Shown here in pieces: positions 12,586 to 23,700 of a DNA stretch of 64,000 bases; the stretch's first letter is position 1; every line of letters begins with the position of its first letter. A model generated the notes under the pieces. The model worked only from the letters and a program-made list of their open reading frames with translations. It made no database searches and was not told the DNA's origin. Source of the DNA: Isurus oxyrinchus (taxonomy: Eukaryota); contig JANJGN010000021.1 of assembly GCA_026770705.1 (NCBI GenBank), forward strand, positions 93,558,001 to 93,622,000. The letters are read 5' to 3'. The translations under genes were made by a program, and so were the position numbers.

Positions 12586-13226
12586 GGATTAGTTTGAGGG
12601 GCAGTATCAGCTTGAGGGACTGTATCAGTCTGAGGGGCTGTATCAGTTTGAGGGACTGTATTAGTTTGAGGGACTGTATCAGTTTGAGGGGCTATGTCAA
12701 TTTGAGGGACTGTATCAGTTTGAGGGGTGTATTAGTTTGAGGGACTGTATTAGTTTGAGGGAGGGGCTGTGTCAGTTTAAGGGGCTGTATTAGTTTGAGG
12801 GGCTGTGTCAATTTGAGGGACTGTATCAGTTTGAGGGGCTGTATCAGTTTGAGGGACTGTATTAGTTTGAGGGACTGTATCAGTTTGAGGGGCGGTATCA
12901 GTTTGAGGGACTGTATTAGTTTGAGGGGCTGTATCAGTTTGAGGGGCTGTGTCAGTTTGAGGGACTGTATTAGTTTGAGGGACTGTATCAGTTTGAGGGA
13001 CTGTATTTGTTTGAGGGACTGTATCAGTTTGATGGGCTGTATCAGTTTGAGGGGCTGTGTCAGTTTGAGGGGCTGTGTCAGTTTGAGGGGCTGTATCAGT
13101 TTGAGGGGCTGTATCAGTTTGAGGGGCTGTATCAGTTTGAGGGGCTGTATCAGTTTGAGGGACTGTATCAGTCTGAGGGGCTGTATCAGTTTGAGGGGCT
13201 GTATCAGTTTGAGGGGCTGTCTCAGT
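12586..13226. repeat. 18-bp satellite, inverted relative to 1-3341
   Basis: About 35 copies of GTATCAGTTTGAGGGRCT, reverse complement of first array. Confidence 0.95.
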
Positions 13227-13500
13227 TCAAATTTGGAATTTTCATTGGTTAATTAATGTGTTCAAATTGGTTCAGTCTTTAGGATTTTCCAATTAAACCT
13301 CAGTTCTACAACAGGGAGTTAACATGCCTTTTGTAATCTATTTGCTCCTTTTTTTTAAAAGAACTAATTCGATGATGTTGAGAAACTTCAATGTCTTCAT
13401 GGAGATCCCACAGGATATAAATGAAAGACTATGAATGTATAACCTCAGAGTTTAATTCAAAACGATTGCTGCAGCAGCAAGGGACAGATCACAGATAAGT

Positions 13501-13555
13501 TTGCACAGTATTAGGAAAATATACTACATGATTCTTGCTGTCATTGGTGTCTTTG
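13501..13555 (+). pseudogene. Possible first-exon fragment of a GPR139/GPR142-like GPCR (family expanded in sharks)
   Basis: Reads LHSIRKIYYMILAVIGVF, resembling the N-term/TM1 exon (KIYYxIxAVIGVP) of this family from recall; no upstream ATG, no canonical donor, no second exon found. Confidence 0.35.
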
Positions 13556-13872
13556 TGACCATTGAAGTTTTGTACTATTGTTCACCATTGTGTAAATCTG
13601 TGTGTGAGCTTGTCTCTGGTTATACTCTGTGACTGATGATGTTACATGCTGATTTCACAGTGACCATTATACAGACACCAATCAGTGATGTAATTTTGTT
13701 AAGTGGAATGTCCAGAATTACCTCTGTGGCTTTATTCCATTGCCTCAACTGAAAAAAGTAAAGCTGTTTTTGTAACTCTCAGGTTCATTGAATTATCAAG
13801 TCATTTTGTTTAGTGGAATAGTGCGCACACGTGAATCAGATATCAGTACAGACAACACCATGGGAAGGACGT

Positions 13873-14819
13873 AGATAAATGACATAGATGACTACGTGGG
13901 GGGTAAGATTAGCAAGTTTGCAGATGACAGGTGGTTAACAGTGAGGTTGAGCGTCTTGGGTTACAGGAATATATAGACGGGATGGTCAAATTGGCAGATA
14001 AGTGGCAGATGGAATTTAACCCTGAAAATTGTGAGGTGATACACTTTGGAAGGAGTAATTTGACAAGGAAGTATTGAATGAACGGCATGACACTAGGAAG
14101 TTCTGAGGAACAAAGGGACCTTGGCGTGTGTGTCTATAGATCTCTGAAGGCGGAGGGGCATGTTAGCAGGGTGGTGAAAAAGGCATATGGGACACTTGCC
14201 TTTATCAATCGAGGCATAGATTACAAAAGTAGGGAGGTCATGTTGGAGTTGTATAGAACCTTGGTGAGGCCACAGGTGGAGCACTGTGTGCAGTTCTGGT
14301 CACCACATTATAGGAAGGATGTGATTGCACTGGAGGGAGTGCAGAGGAGATTCACCAGGATGTTGCCTGGGATGAAACATTTAAGTTATGAAGAGAGGTT
14401 GGATAGACTTGGGTTTTTTTCGTTGGAGCAGAGAAGACTGAGGGGTGACCTGATCGAGGTGTATAAGATTGAGGGGCATGGACAGGGTGGATAGGGAGTA
14501 GCTGTTCCCCTTAGTTGAAGGGTCAGTCATGAGGGGACACAAGTTCAAGGTGAGGGGCAGGAGGTTTAGGGGGGATGTGAGGAAAAACCTTTTTACCCAG
14601 AGGTTGGTGACGGTCTGGAATGCACTGCCTGGGAGGGTGGTGGAGGCGGGTTGTCTCACATCCTTTAGAAAGTACCTGGATGAGCACTTGGAATGTCATA
14701 ACATTCAAGGCTATGGGCCAAGTGCTGATAAATGGGGTTAGGTAGGTAGGTCAGGTGTTTCTCACATGTTGGTGCAGACTCGATGGGCTGAAGGGCCTCT
14801 TCTGCACTGTGTGATTCTG
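13873..14819 (+). mobile_element. CR1 LINE 3' fragment (same subfamily as 736-3043)
   Basis: ORF MNGMTLGSSEEQRDLGV...LVRPQVEHCVQFWSP nearly identical to 929-1729 ORF; tail TGTGATTCTG. Confidence 0.93.
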
Positions 14820-15190
14820 AAGGGATTACTGGGGATATCTATTACTGTGGAATTGTACTGTGTGGTTTGCTAACTGGAGTGGAACACCTGACCCCAGTGA
14901 ACATATATCACTAGGAGTATCTGCCACTGTAGAATTGTACTGTATACGTTTGGAGTGGGACAAGCTGGTTCCAATTTTATATTGTTTCAGGTGACCGATC
15001 CCACCACTCTATGGATTTGTCTCGTTATTTATGAATATAATCGATGGCCAAGGGAAGTACTTTTGTTGTTGGTTGATGATGTTTGTGACAAAAATGCTTA
15101 CAGTGAAACGTATCGATATCGCTCTTTCCACTTGAATGGCACCAACAAGGCAGATGTTAACTATATACTGACAGGTAACTAGCAGGACAT

Positions 15191-15629
15191 AGTTATATGT
15201 GTCTCTCCTTGAAGGGACACACCTCACTGAGCTGAGAGCAGAGATCAGTGTTAGTTACATGTGCTGAGTCTCTGAATTATAGCAGAAGTAGTGATTTTAA
15301 AAACCACAGTCCAATATCTGAAAGGACAGGACAGCACCATTACTGTAATCAAATCCTCTGTACAATGAATTACTCTGATTATAGTTATTGTCAACACTTT
15401 ATTTGTTTTGGTGCTGATTAAACCCCTTTCTCTCCAAAACGGACCTGAGAATCTGAGAGTCATAAGTGTTTTTTTATGATTTCTCTTTTCCTGTCCTTTC
15501 AGATATTGGATTGTGGTTTTTAAAACCTCTACTTCTGCTATAATTCAGAGCCTCAGCACATGTAACCAACACCGATCTCTGCTCTCAGTTCAGTGAGGTG
15601 TGTCCCTTCAAGGAGAGACACATATAACT
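15191..15629. repeat. Long inverted repeat (~140-bp arms, ~157-bp spacer)
   Basis: 15191-15331 is the reverse complement of 15489-15629 with few mismatches. Confidence 0.9.
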
Positions 15630-15814
15630 GAAGAGCATAGATACTTGTCTTCATAAAACAGAGATCAGTCCAGGATAAGCAAATACTAACATTATTAAAC
15701 CATTAATAATAGAATAAATAGAGCACTGCCACAATTATTAAGCCACTTTAATATCTGCAATGTTAGAAAAGAACTGATCCTTGTGATTTAATTAACGCAC
15801 AAATTAAGGTTACA

Positions 15815-16250
15815 TTGAACTTACAGCACAGAAACAGGCCATTTAGCCCAACTGGTTTCTGTCAGTGTTTATGGTTCACATGATCCTTCTCTTATCCTTC
15901 TACATCGAACCCAATCACCATAACCTTCCTACTGCTTTCTACCAAATGTACTTATCTAGCTTCTACTTGCAGTAATCTAATAAGCCTTAAATACCCCAAG
16001 TTGCAGCAAGTTCCATTCTCCGAATAAAGACAGCTCACCTGCAAGCCTTCTCAGCTTTACTAATGATGATCTTATATTGATGATCTCTAAGCCCCCACCA
16101 ACTGGAAGTATCTTCTCTATGTCACCCCTATCAATCTCCTTCATAATTTTACCTGTTAGGTCTGTCCTCAGCTTTCTCTCTTCTAAAGACAAGATTCCAA
16201 CCTGGTTTTTCTTTCAGATAGTTATAACCTCTCAGCTGATATTACACTGA
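15815..16250 (-). mobile_element. Old CR1 3' fragment
   Basis: ORF SLEERKLRTDL...IMKEIDRGDIEKILP; CR1 3'UTR motif ACAGCACAGAAACAGGCCATT. Confidence 0.7.
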
Positions 16251-16383
16251 GATCTCTCTCTCTCTTCCTCTACACTTTTTCAAGCTGATTCCTCATCCAT
16301 TGCTTTGAGCTTTTCCTACTGCTCCACAACACACACAACTTTCTCCATTCGGAGTTCTTGTGTTTGAGCCGTTTTTAATGACT

Positions 16384-16525
16384 TGTTGTTGGAGTCTTCT
16401 GAGGTAGGGTTGAACATCAACTTTATTCCAAACAGAACAACAAATAACTACAAGAATGAGACTTCATCCTCGCCACAAGAGAGAACCTGATCATGATAGT
16501 CAGATGATCTTACATCGCTTCCCCA
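16384..16525 (-). mobile_element. Short 3' LTR with polypurine tract
   Basis: Minus strand: GGGGAAGCGA then TGTAAG...AATAAA...AACA (16514-16384). Confidence 0.55.
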
Positions 16526-16539
16526 AGATGATGAGCTGC

Positions 16540-16782
16540 GAAGAGTGTCCTGCAGTCAACATCGCAGCGAAGCAGTCTTGGAAGAGTGTCCTGCAGTCAG
16601 CATTGTGGTGAAGCAGTCTGGGAAGAGTGTCCTACAGTCAGAATCATGGTGAAGCAGTGTGAGAAGAGTGTCCCGCAGTCAGCATCGCAGTGAAGCAGTG
16701 TGAGAAGAGTGTCCCGCAGTCAGCATCGCAGTGAAGCAGACTGGGAAGAGTGTCCTGCAGACAGCATCGCTGTGAAGCAGTC
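16540..16782. repeat. 41-bp tandem repeat x6 (GAAGAGTGTCCTGCAGTCAGCATCGCAGTGAAGCAGTCTGG)
   Basis: Units start 16540, 16581, 16622, 16663, 16704, 16745. Confidence 0.92.
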
Positions 16783-17545
16783 ACTTCAAAAAGTGGTGTC
16801 CGTACAAAGGTGAGAGCTGATTGGTGAGTAGTGGATAAGTGTGTTTCTCCAGCTTTTTTCTCCAGTTTAAAATAGATTAAGTTAAGGAAAGGTAAGGGTT
16901 CTAGTTTTTATTTAAAGTACATAAATAGTTTAAAGTTTTTTTACTGTATTCAACTTTAAAGTAAGGTTTTTTTTCAACTAGAGGCATGGCAGGGTAGCCC
17001 AGTCCTGTGTTATGTACTGCCTGCGACGGACACATGGGAAGTTGGAGATGCTCCTTGCGCTTTGACCAACCATGTGTGCAGGAAGCACCACCAGCTGCAG
17101 CAACCTGAACTCCGAGTTTCAGAGCTTGAGCGGCAGCTGGAGGCGCTGAGGTGCATCTGCGAGGCTGAGAGTTTCGTGGATAACACGTTTTTAGACGTGG
17201 TCACCCCACAGCCTATGGAAGTGCGGACAGAGAGGGAATGGGTGACCATCAGTCAGAAGAAAGGTGTCAGGCAGGTAGTCAGGAAATCTCCAGGGTGCAT
17301 CTCACTCGAGAACTGTTTTTTTTGTGTTGGAAAGTGGTAAGACTGATGGTTCCTCTGGGGAGTGCAGCCACGCTCGTGGCACCGTGAGTGGCTCAGCTAC
17401 ACAGGGGGGGAGGGAAAAGAGGGGAAGAGCAATAGTGGTAGGACACGTGATAGTTAGGGGAACAGACAGGCATTTCTGCGGCCATAGACGTGACTCCAGG
17501 ATGGTATGTTGCCTCCCTCTTGCCAGGGTCAAGGGCATGACACTC
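16540..17545 (+). mobile_element. CR1 LINE 5' end (5'UTR with tandem repeats + ORF1 N-half), 3'-truncated
   Basis: ORF1 from ATG ~16986 (CxxC..HVCRK..LRVSELERQLEALRCI, AIVVGHVIVRGTDRHFCG..SRMVCCLP), homologous to ORF1 at 49582-48965. Confidence 0.85.
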
Positions 17546-17790
17546 CATGATACCCAGGCAATCTTGTTGTAACCTCTGAAGAAAATCAAGTCATCAGACT
17601 CTGAGTATGACCAGTCTCTCATCATAAGTCAGCATGTCGTCTACGACTCATCTCCTGCTCAACATATTGCCTCAGGATAGGATTTTGTGGTGCTTATTCT
17701 GGCCAGCCTCTGATGCAGTACTCTCAGATTTGAGCGCATTCTTCGGCTGACAGTTGTGCATTTCTGACCTCATTTTTAGTGTAGCATTGT
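17546..17790 (-). mobile_element. Gypsy pol fragment (pre-integrase region)
   Basis: Reverse translation EYCIRGWPE...VVDDMLTYDERLVI...LGI with stops. Confidence 0.5.
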
Positions 17791-17819
17791 AGCTGCTCGA
17801 TATTTGCTTACTACTGAAG

Positions 17820-18650
17820 CAAAGATCTCCACGTCTTCAACAACATTTACATCCCCTCGACCCGGCCTTGCTACAGGAATATGTGACAATGACCCCTGGC
17901 AACATCCTGGTCCAATCCTGCATGACATCCAACATCTGGGTTCCCTTCCCCCATTACCTTCCCATGCAAGGAGACAAGATGCAACACTTTACCTCCTTTT
18001 GTCCAGGGCCCCAAACAGATGGAAGACTGATTTTTACTTGCACATCCTCCAGTTTAGTAACTGTATTCACCTTTCACGATGTTGGTCCCTCTACATTGAA
18101 GAGACCAAACACAGAATGAGTGATTTATTTATTTGTTTTCCATTCATGGGATCTTGGGGTCACTGGCTAATGCCAACATTTATTGCACATCCCTAACTGC
18201 CCTTGTTCAGAGAGCATTTAAGAGTTGACCATGTTGCTGTGGACCTTGAGTCACATTTTGGCCAGGGCAGGTAGAGTCGACAGATTTCCTTCCCTAAAGG
18301 ACGTTATTGAACCAGATGGGTTTTTACAACAATCAGCAATAGCTTTGTGGTCATCAGACTTTTTTAATTCCAGATTTTTATTGAAAATCACGTTTCACCA
18401 TCTCCCATGGTGGGATTTGAAACTGGGGCCCCTGGAATTATAGTCTATGCCAATACCAATATGCCACTGCCTCAGGTTTCAAGCATAACTGTCAAGTTTC
18501 TAGTCACTTTTTCCATTTTAATTCTACACTCCAATCACATTCTGACCTCTCTATCCTCGGTCTCTTACACTTTTAAGCTAAATGAGGATCAGCGCCCTGT
18601 TTTGGCATTAGGCTCTTTATTACTTGCCGAAGTCAGTTTACAAGCTTCAG
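17820..18650 (+). mobile_element. Penelope-like element fragment (GIY-YIG endonuclease region), interrupted by SINE
   Basis: FTCTSSSLV / CIHLSRCWSLYIEETKHRMSD matches FTCTSSNLVYCIRC..CGLLYIGETKRRLGD motif. Confidence 0.7.
18125..18470 (-). mobile_element. tRNA-derived SINE with LINE family B 3' tail
   Basis: Minus strand: A-box-like TGGCATATTGG, B-box-like GTTTCAAATCC, central AAAAACCCATCTGGTTCA..TTTAGGGAAGGAAATCTG domain, tail GGGCAGTTAGGGATGTGCAATAAATG...CCCATGAATG. Confidence 0.8.
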
Positions 18651-19786
18651 ATCATAAGCACTGTTCCCATTTTCCTGGACAACATATTCTGTTATTGGAA
18701 GATGGCTGCGCACAGCCGCTGAGGGTTGGGTAGAGGTAAGCTGATGCTTGGGGTTGGGATTCCCTCACTGTATATGGCCTGTGGACTGGTCCATATCTCT
18801 GTGGTCAACCCAACTTTCTCCATAACATTCCCTCCTCCACTGCTGCCACCTTCACTCCCTCTGTTATTCTGCTTTGACTATTTCCACCTCCCCTGGAGCT
18901 ATCTTCAGGTTCCTTTAATTGCTTATGACATGGTAGATGATGTGTGCCAGGTGGACCAAATCCATAAGGGAAAATTAGTCTCGCTATCACAACGGTTTTG
19001 TAATTCCTATTTATTATGAGGTGTGTGCACTAAATTGAGAAGTAATAAGTCTACCAAGACATTCAGATTTTAAAAATTAAAATATTTTAAAACAAAATAT
19101 AAAAGATTTCAAGCACACAAATAAGACAACAATTGCTTTCTACTACAATAACTCCTAAAATTTCTAATTAACCTGATTCCCAGTTACACTCCATTTAAGG
19201 CAACGGTCCAAAATAGATTTTAGGTTTAAAACAGAATCACCACGTCTTCAACACACAATACCCACTTGACAGTGGAATTCCAAATTTACTGAACTTGCTG
19301 CACCCCTAGCCAGACTCACCTAATGACAGCCTACATTACAAAAATATTATAATTTCCCCAATACCCCTACCCAGTTCAGTGACAGGCTGAATGCTGGATA
19401 AGTCACAGATCATTCCTCTGTGTGTGTTGAGTTAGCTGGACTTAGGTAGATTTGAAAGTCCTTAAAAATAAACACAAAGGGGAGAATTTTCCCCATGTCG
19501 GGTGGGCCGGTTGGGAACAGGCGCGTACCCGATCACTGCCCGCAATCAAGTCTCTGCTGCCATTTTACCCGGGCGGGCCAATTAAGGCCCGCCCAGCATA
19601 CTTCACGGCTCTCAGGCATAGTGGGAGTGGACGGGCAGTGGTGGGCGTGCTCAGCCCGCTGGGTCCAATGGTGACACAGCGGCCTGTATAAAGGAGGGCC
19701 TGGCAGCCTTGGAAAGGCTGCTTGCAATGGCTGGGAGAAGGGCTCTGTAGAGCCCATGTTGCTGATGCAATCCAGAGGGTAGGCCT

Positions 19787-20120
19787 TTGGGGCAGGCTAG
19801 GCCGGAGGGTAGGCCTTCGTGGCAGGCCAGGCTGGAGGGTAGGCCTTCGGGGCAGGCCAGGCCAGAGGGCAGGCTTCAGGGCAGGCCAGACTGCAGGGTA
19901 GGGCAGTGGGGCAGGCCAGGCCAGAGGGTAGGCCTTTGGGGCACCAAGCTGGAGGGTAGGCCTTCGGGGCAGGCCAGGCCGGAGGGTAGGCCTTCAGGGC
20001 AGGCCAGGCCAGAGGGTAGGGCAGCGGGGCAGGCCAGGCCTGAGGGTAGGGCAGAGGGGCAGGCCAGGCCGGAGGGTTGGGCAACGGGGCAGGCCAGGCC
20101 TGAGTGTAGGGCAGCGGGGC
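19787..20120. repeat. 30-bp G-rich tandem repeat (~11 copies)
   Basis: GGGCAGGCCAGGCCGGAGGGTAGGCCTTCG units; reads GQARPEGRPS. Confidence 0.92.
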
Positions 20121-22260
20121 AGTGTGCCCCTCATTTTTCAGACATGTGCCTAGTTGCCCTCCTGGAGGAGGTGGCAGCATGACAGGAGGTTCTTCTTCAG
20201 AGGGTCAGAAGGTGGAGGCCGCGCCCACTTGACCAAACATGCGTGGGAGGAGGTGGTCAAGAGTGTGAGGTCATATGATGTGGTGCGGTGCACATGGCTA
20301 TAGTGCCGTAAAAGGTTCCATGATCTCATGCGCATGGGAAGGGTGAATACCATGTTGCCTCAAGTCACTTAATGCAGCCGTCACCATTACTCTCCAACCC
20401 CCACAATCCCCATCCACACACCCCCACCCCCCCACACACACCCCCACCAACTCTGAGTACAGTGACCTCATGGGATCCCTCACGGCATGTATCTCTCACC
20501 GGGTGTTACACCAGAGATTGCCCAAGCCCAGTTCACCCTGAGAGGGTTGAGCTAGGAGGTGTTCTGCATCTGCAGCATGTGTGACACTGACACCCAGGGA
20601 ATAGAATGGGGGTGAAAGTCAAGGATCTGCACCTAGGCAGAGTGCTGGAACTGCAAAGCATATCAAAGTCAGGGTGCTAACATGCTGGGAGGGGAGCTTC
20701 CTGTGGGCGGGGCACCAATCCATCTGCTGGTGTTTGTGCTCCACATGCTTGTGCCTCCTTGCTTAGCAAAGTTACACCTTGTGGTGCCACATGTGAAGGG
20801 GGCAGCATTTGGGCAATGGTGGGGGTGGTCAGCCCTGGCTTGTTTGGGTGAGTGGGCAGCAGCTGCGGGGTGACAAAGAACTGGAGCCCTGCAATATCCC
20901 ACCCTGGCTGGGTTGGCAGGGATGCGATGGGAATTCAGGTGCAGGCTGGACTAATCAATGCTCTTCTCTCCTTTTCAGGAAAAGACTGCGCACAATGTGT
21001 CTGGACGAATGTGGACTGGCAGATCCTAACGGCTTTTGAGCAGCAGGCCATGGATCTGGAGAGGCGCCATGGCCCCAGGTTCACCGGTGGTGGTGAGACT
21101 GGGGAGCCACGGGGAGGTATGTTTGGCAAGCTCTCAGGCCACCTTGTATGTCACAGAAGCCATGGCATGCTGAATGCTCAGTGATTAAAGTTAGCAACAT
21201 GGGTTTACCATTGACTATGGAAGGATGAGTGCATCATGATCCCAGGCAGTGGTGTGCAAGTTGACATTGTCTGCAATGTAACTAATCAAATGTCCTTTTC
21301 CTTCCTTTCAGCATCACCAGAGCAGGGCCGGGAGGAGGACGCAGAGGGCCCACCTCTCAGCCCTGAAGCCCCAGAGCAAATGCACTCACCAGCGTCACAC
21401 CATCTCAGCCAGGCAGGCACTAGCGCAGATAATAGCACCTCGGTGGGAATTAGATCTTCAGCTGGTGTCCTGGGGCACGTTGGTGAGGGCATTTCACACT
21501 CGCTTGAGGTGCAGGCAGGGACAGAGAGTGCCCAGGGCGCCGGCAGTCGGAGGACTGCTGGGGACCAGATACTTGCTCGGTCAGCAGCTGATGATGTGCC
21601 TCTTGAGTTGTCCGTGAGGCAGCGAATGCTGGAAGTGCAGCAGGGTGTGCGGGACGATCTGTAGAGATACATGAAGCTACACATGGCATTGTGCCGTGCT
21701 GGAGGAGTCCATGCAGAGCATCACTGATGCAATCAGCCTCATGGCTGAGCACCATGCGTCCTCCATGGAGAGAGTGGCGACTCTCATGGAGAGGCTCCTC
21801 CAGGAGAACAATCAGGGCCTCCTGGGGATGCGCTCGGACCTACAAGCCCTCACAGCGGCATTGACCACAGCTGGTCAGTGCCAGTGTGGGAGATGCTCTG
21901 GGCACCAAGTTTCCCAGCTCAGTGCCTATCCATCTACGGTGAGCAGGGAAGTCCAAAACGACCTCACGTCAGTGCAGCAGCTACATGTCATCTCTGTAGG
22001 CTCTTCTCAGGACACTTCGGATGAGGGCAGCAGTTCCTCTGCCCCTCTGCCAGTGACAGTGGCATCTGATGAGGCTGTGGCAACTGGGGAGATGCCAGCT
22101 GTGGAACTGGATGCTCCCTCCCAGGCGGGGCCAGAGGACATCCGCCAAGGTCAGAGGCTAACAGGACAGCACAGTGAGCAGGCTGTCTCGGATGTCAGTG
22201 CCAGCAAGGGGACAACACCTAGATGTAGCACCTGTAAGCGTAAATTTAAGGCACATTGGC
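19787..22260 (+). pseudogene. Harbinger Myb/SANT-like DNA-binding protein gene (3 exons: ~19787-20342, 20979-21116, 21312-~22260)
   Basis: APHFSDMCLVALLEEV...AWEEVVKSVRSYDVVRCTWL*CRKRFHDLMR; GT/AG junctions; coiled-coil-like C-terminal ORF 21696-22358; stops and frameshifts. Confidence 0.75.
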
Positions 22261-22604
22261 ACACCACAGGGTTTCTCACTGGTGCTTTTATGTTGGTCCA
22301 CAGTACATATTCTAAAACTCGGTGTGATGTCCAACACCATTTTTGTTTTGCTTTATGAATTTACTTTTCTTTACTCAATAAATTTTGACTTGTTGCCATG
22401 TCTCAGGGTGATTCCTTACTTCTGCATGTGTACTGTAAGCCATGAAGTTCTGAGTAAGTTGTTTGACATTGAACTTTATTGACAAGGGCTTTAGTTAATG
22501 TTATTATCCAGGCTGATTTAACACTCAGGTATCGTGTGTGGAGCCTGCAGCCTTGGCATATGTTGAAGGTCCATCTGTGGTGGGCTAGCTGAATGTTCTT
22601 TGGA

Positions 22605-23700
22605 CTAAAGCCTCCCAGGTGTCCCTGCCTCCCTGGAGTATGCCCTCTCAGCATTCTTGTGTGTGTGGTTATCCTCGGATTCACTGCTCGACTCATCATT
22701 TGCATCCGGAGCAACTGCATCTACATCTTCCTCGTCCACTGCATCCTCCCTTTCCAGCACCAGATTGTGGAGAGCGCAGCATGCAGCCACTATCACTGAC
22801 ACACGATCTGGGGGGTACTGGAGTGCGCCCCCTGAACGTTCCAGGCATCGGAAGCACATCTTGAGAAGACTGATGGTTCTCTCCACCACAGCCCTTGTGG
22901 TGCCCTGGCTCCTATTGTACCACTGCTCAGCTTCTGTTCTTGGATGGCGGAGAGGCGTCATGAGCCACCTTCTGAGGGGATAGCCCTCGTCACCCAGCAG
23001 CCATCCATCCAGTCGGGCTGGAGCACTGAAGAGCCCCGGCACCTGGGAGTGTTTGAGGATGTAGGCGTCGTGGGAGCTACCTGGGTACCTTGCACAGACT
23101 GTAGAATCAGCATCCTGTGATCACACACAATCTGCACATTCATGGAGCGGAAGCCCTTCCTGTTGACAAGGCACCGGGCTCACCTGCTGGCGCCTTGATG
23201 GCAACAAGTGTATAGTCTATAGCACCCTGGATGCAGGGGAAGCCAGCAATGGCTGCGAAGCCTCTGGCTCGCTGTGTCTGACTGGCATCATCCCAAAGGT
23301 AGTGGATGAAGGTCAATGCACACCTGAACAGAGCGTCTGTAACCTGCTTCACACAGTGTGGACAGCTGATTGGGAAACACCGCAAAGATCACCCACTGAG
23401 CCCTGGAAAGAGCTGGAGGAATAGAAGTTGAGGGCAGCTGAGACCTTTAGAGCCACTGGCATGGGGTGTCCACCCACACAGTTTGCAGAGATGTCAGGGC
23501 CAATCATCTGACAGATGTAGTTGAGAGACGGACCCTCCTTCAGCACCACACCTCAGACATATTGAGGTAGCTGCTTCGCCGCCTGTATACCCTGGCAGCA
23601 GGATAGTGGCATCTTCTGCAGCCCTTCCATCTTGGACTACCTGTCGGCCCTGCACCCCTTGTGCCTGCGCCTATCCTCCCAAAGGTGGCTCCCCTGGAGG
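22605..23700 (-). pseudogene. Harbinger DDE transposase (HARBI1-like, DDE_Tnp_4)
   Basis: Motifs [67 protein letters not shown] across frameshifts. Confidence 0.9.

Noticed and set aside
736-14819. Large inverted segmental duplication implied by inverted CR1 copies (736-1700 vs 13873-14819)
   Set aside because: Different 5' truncations and flanks; independent insertions of one subfamily.
16540-16782. CRISPR-like regular repeats (also 18-, 23- and 30-bp arrays)
   Set aside because: Head-to-tail units without unique spacers, no cas genes, vertebrate context.
22605-23549. Domesticated HARBI1 host gene
   Set aside because: Multiple frameshifts, lies within TIRs with a Myb partner; a decayed transposon copy.
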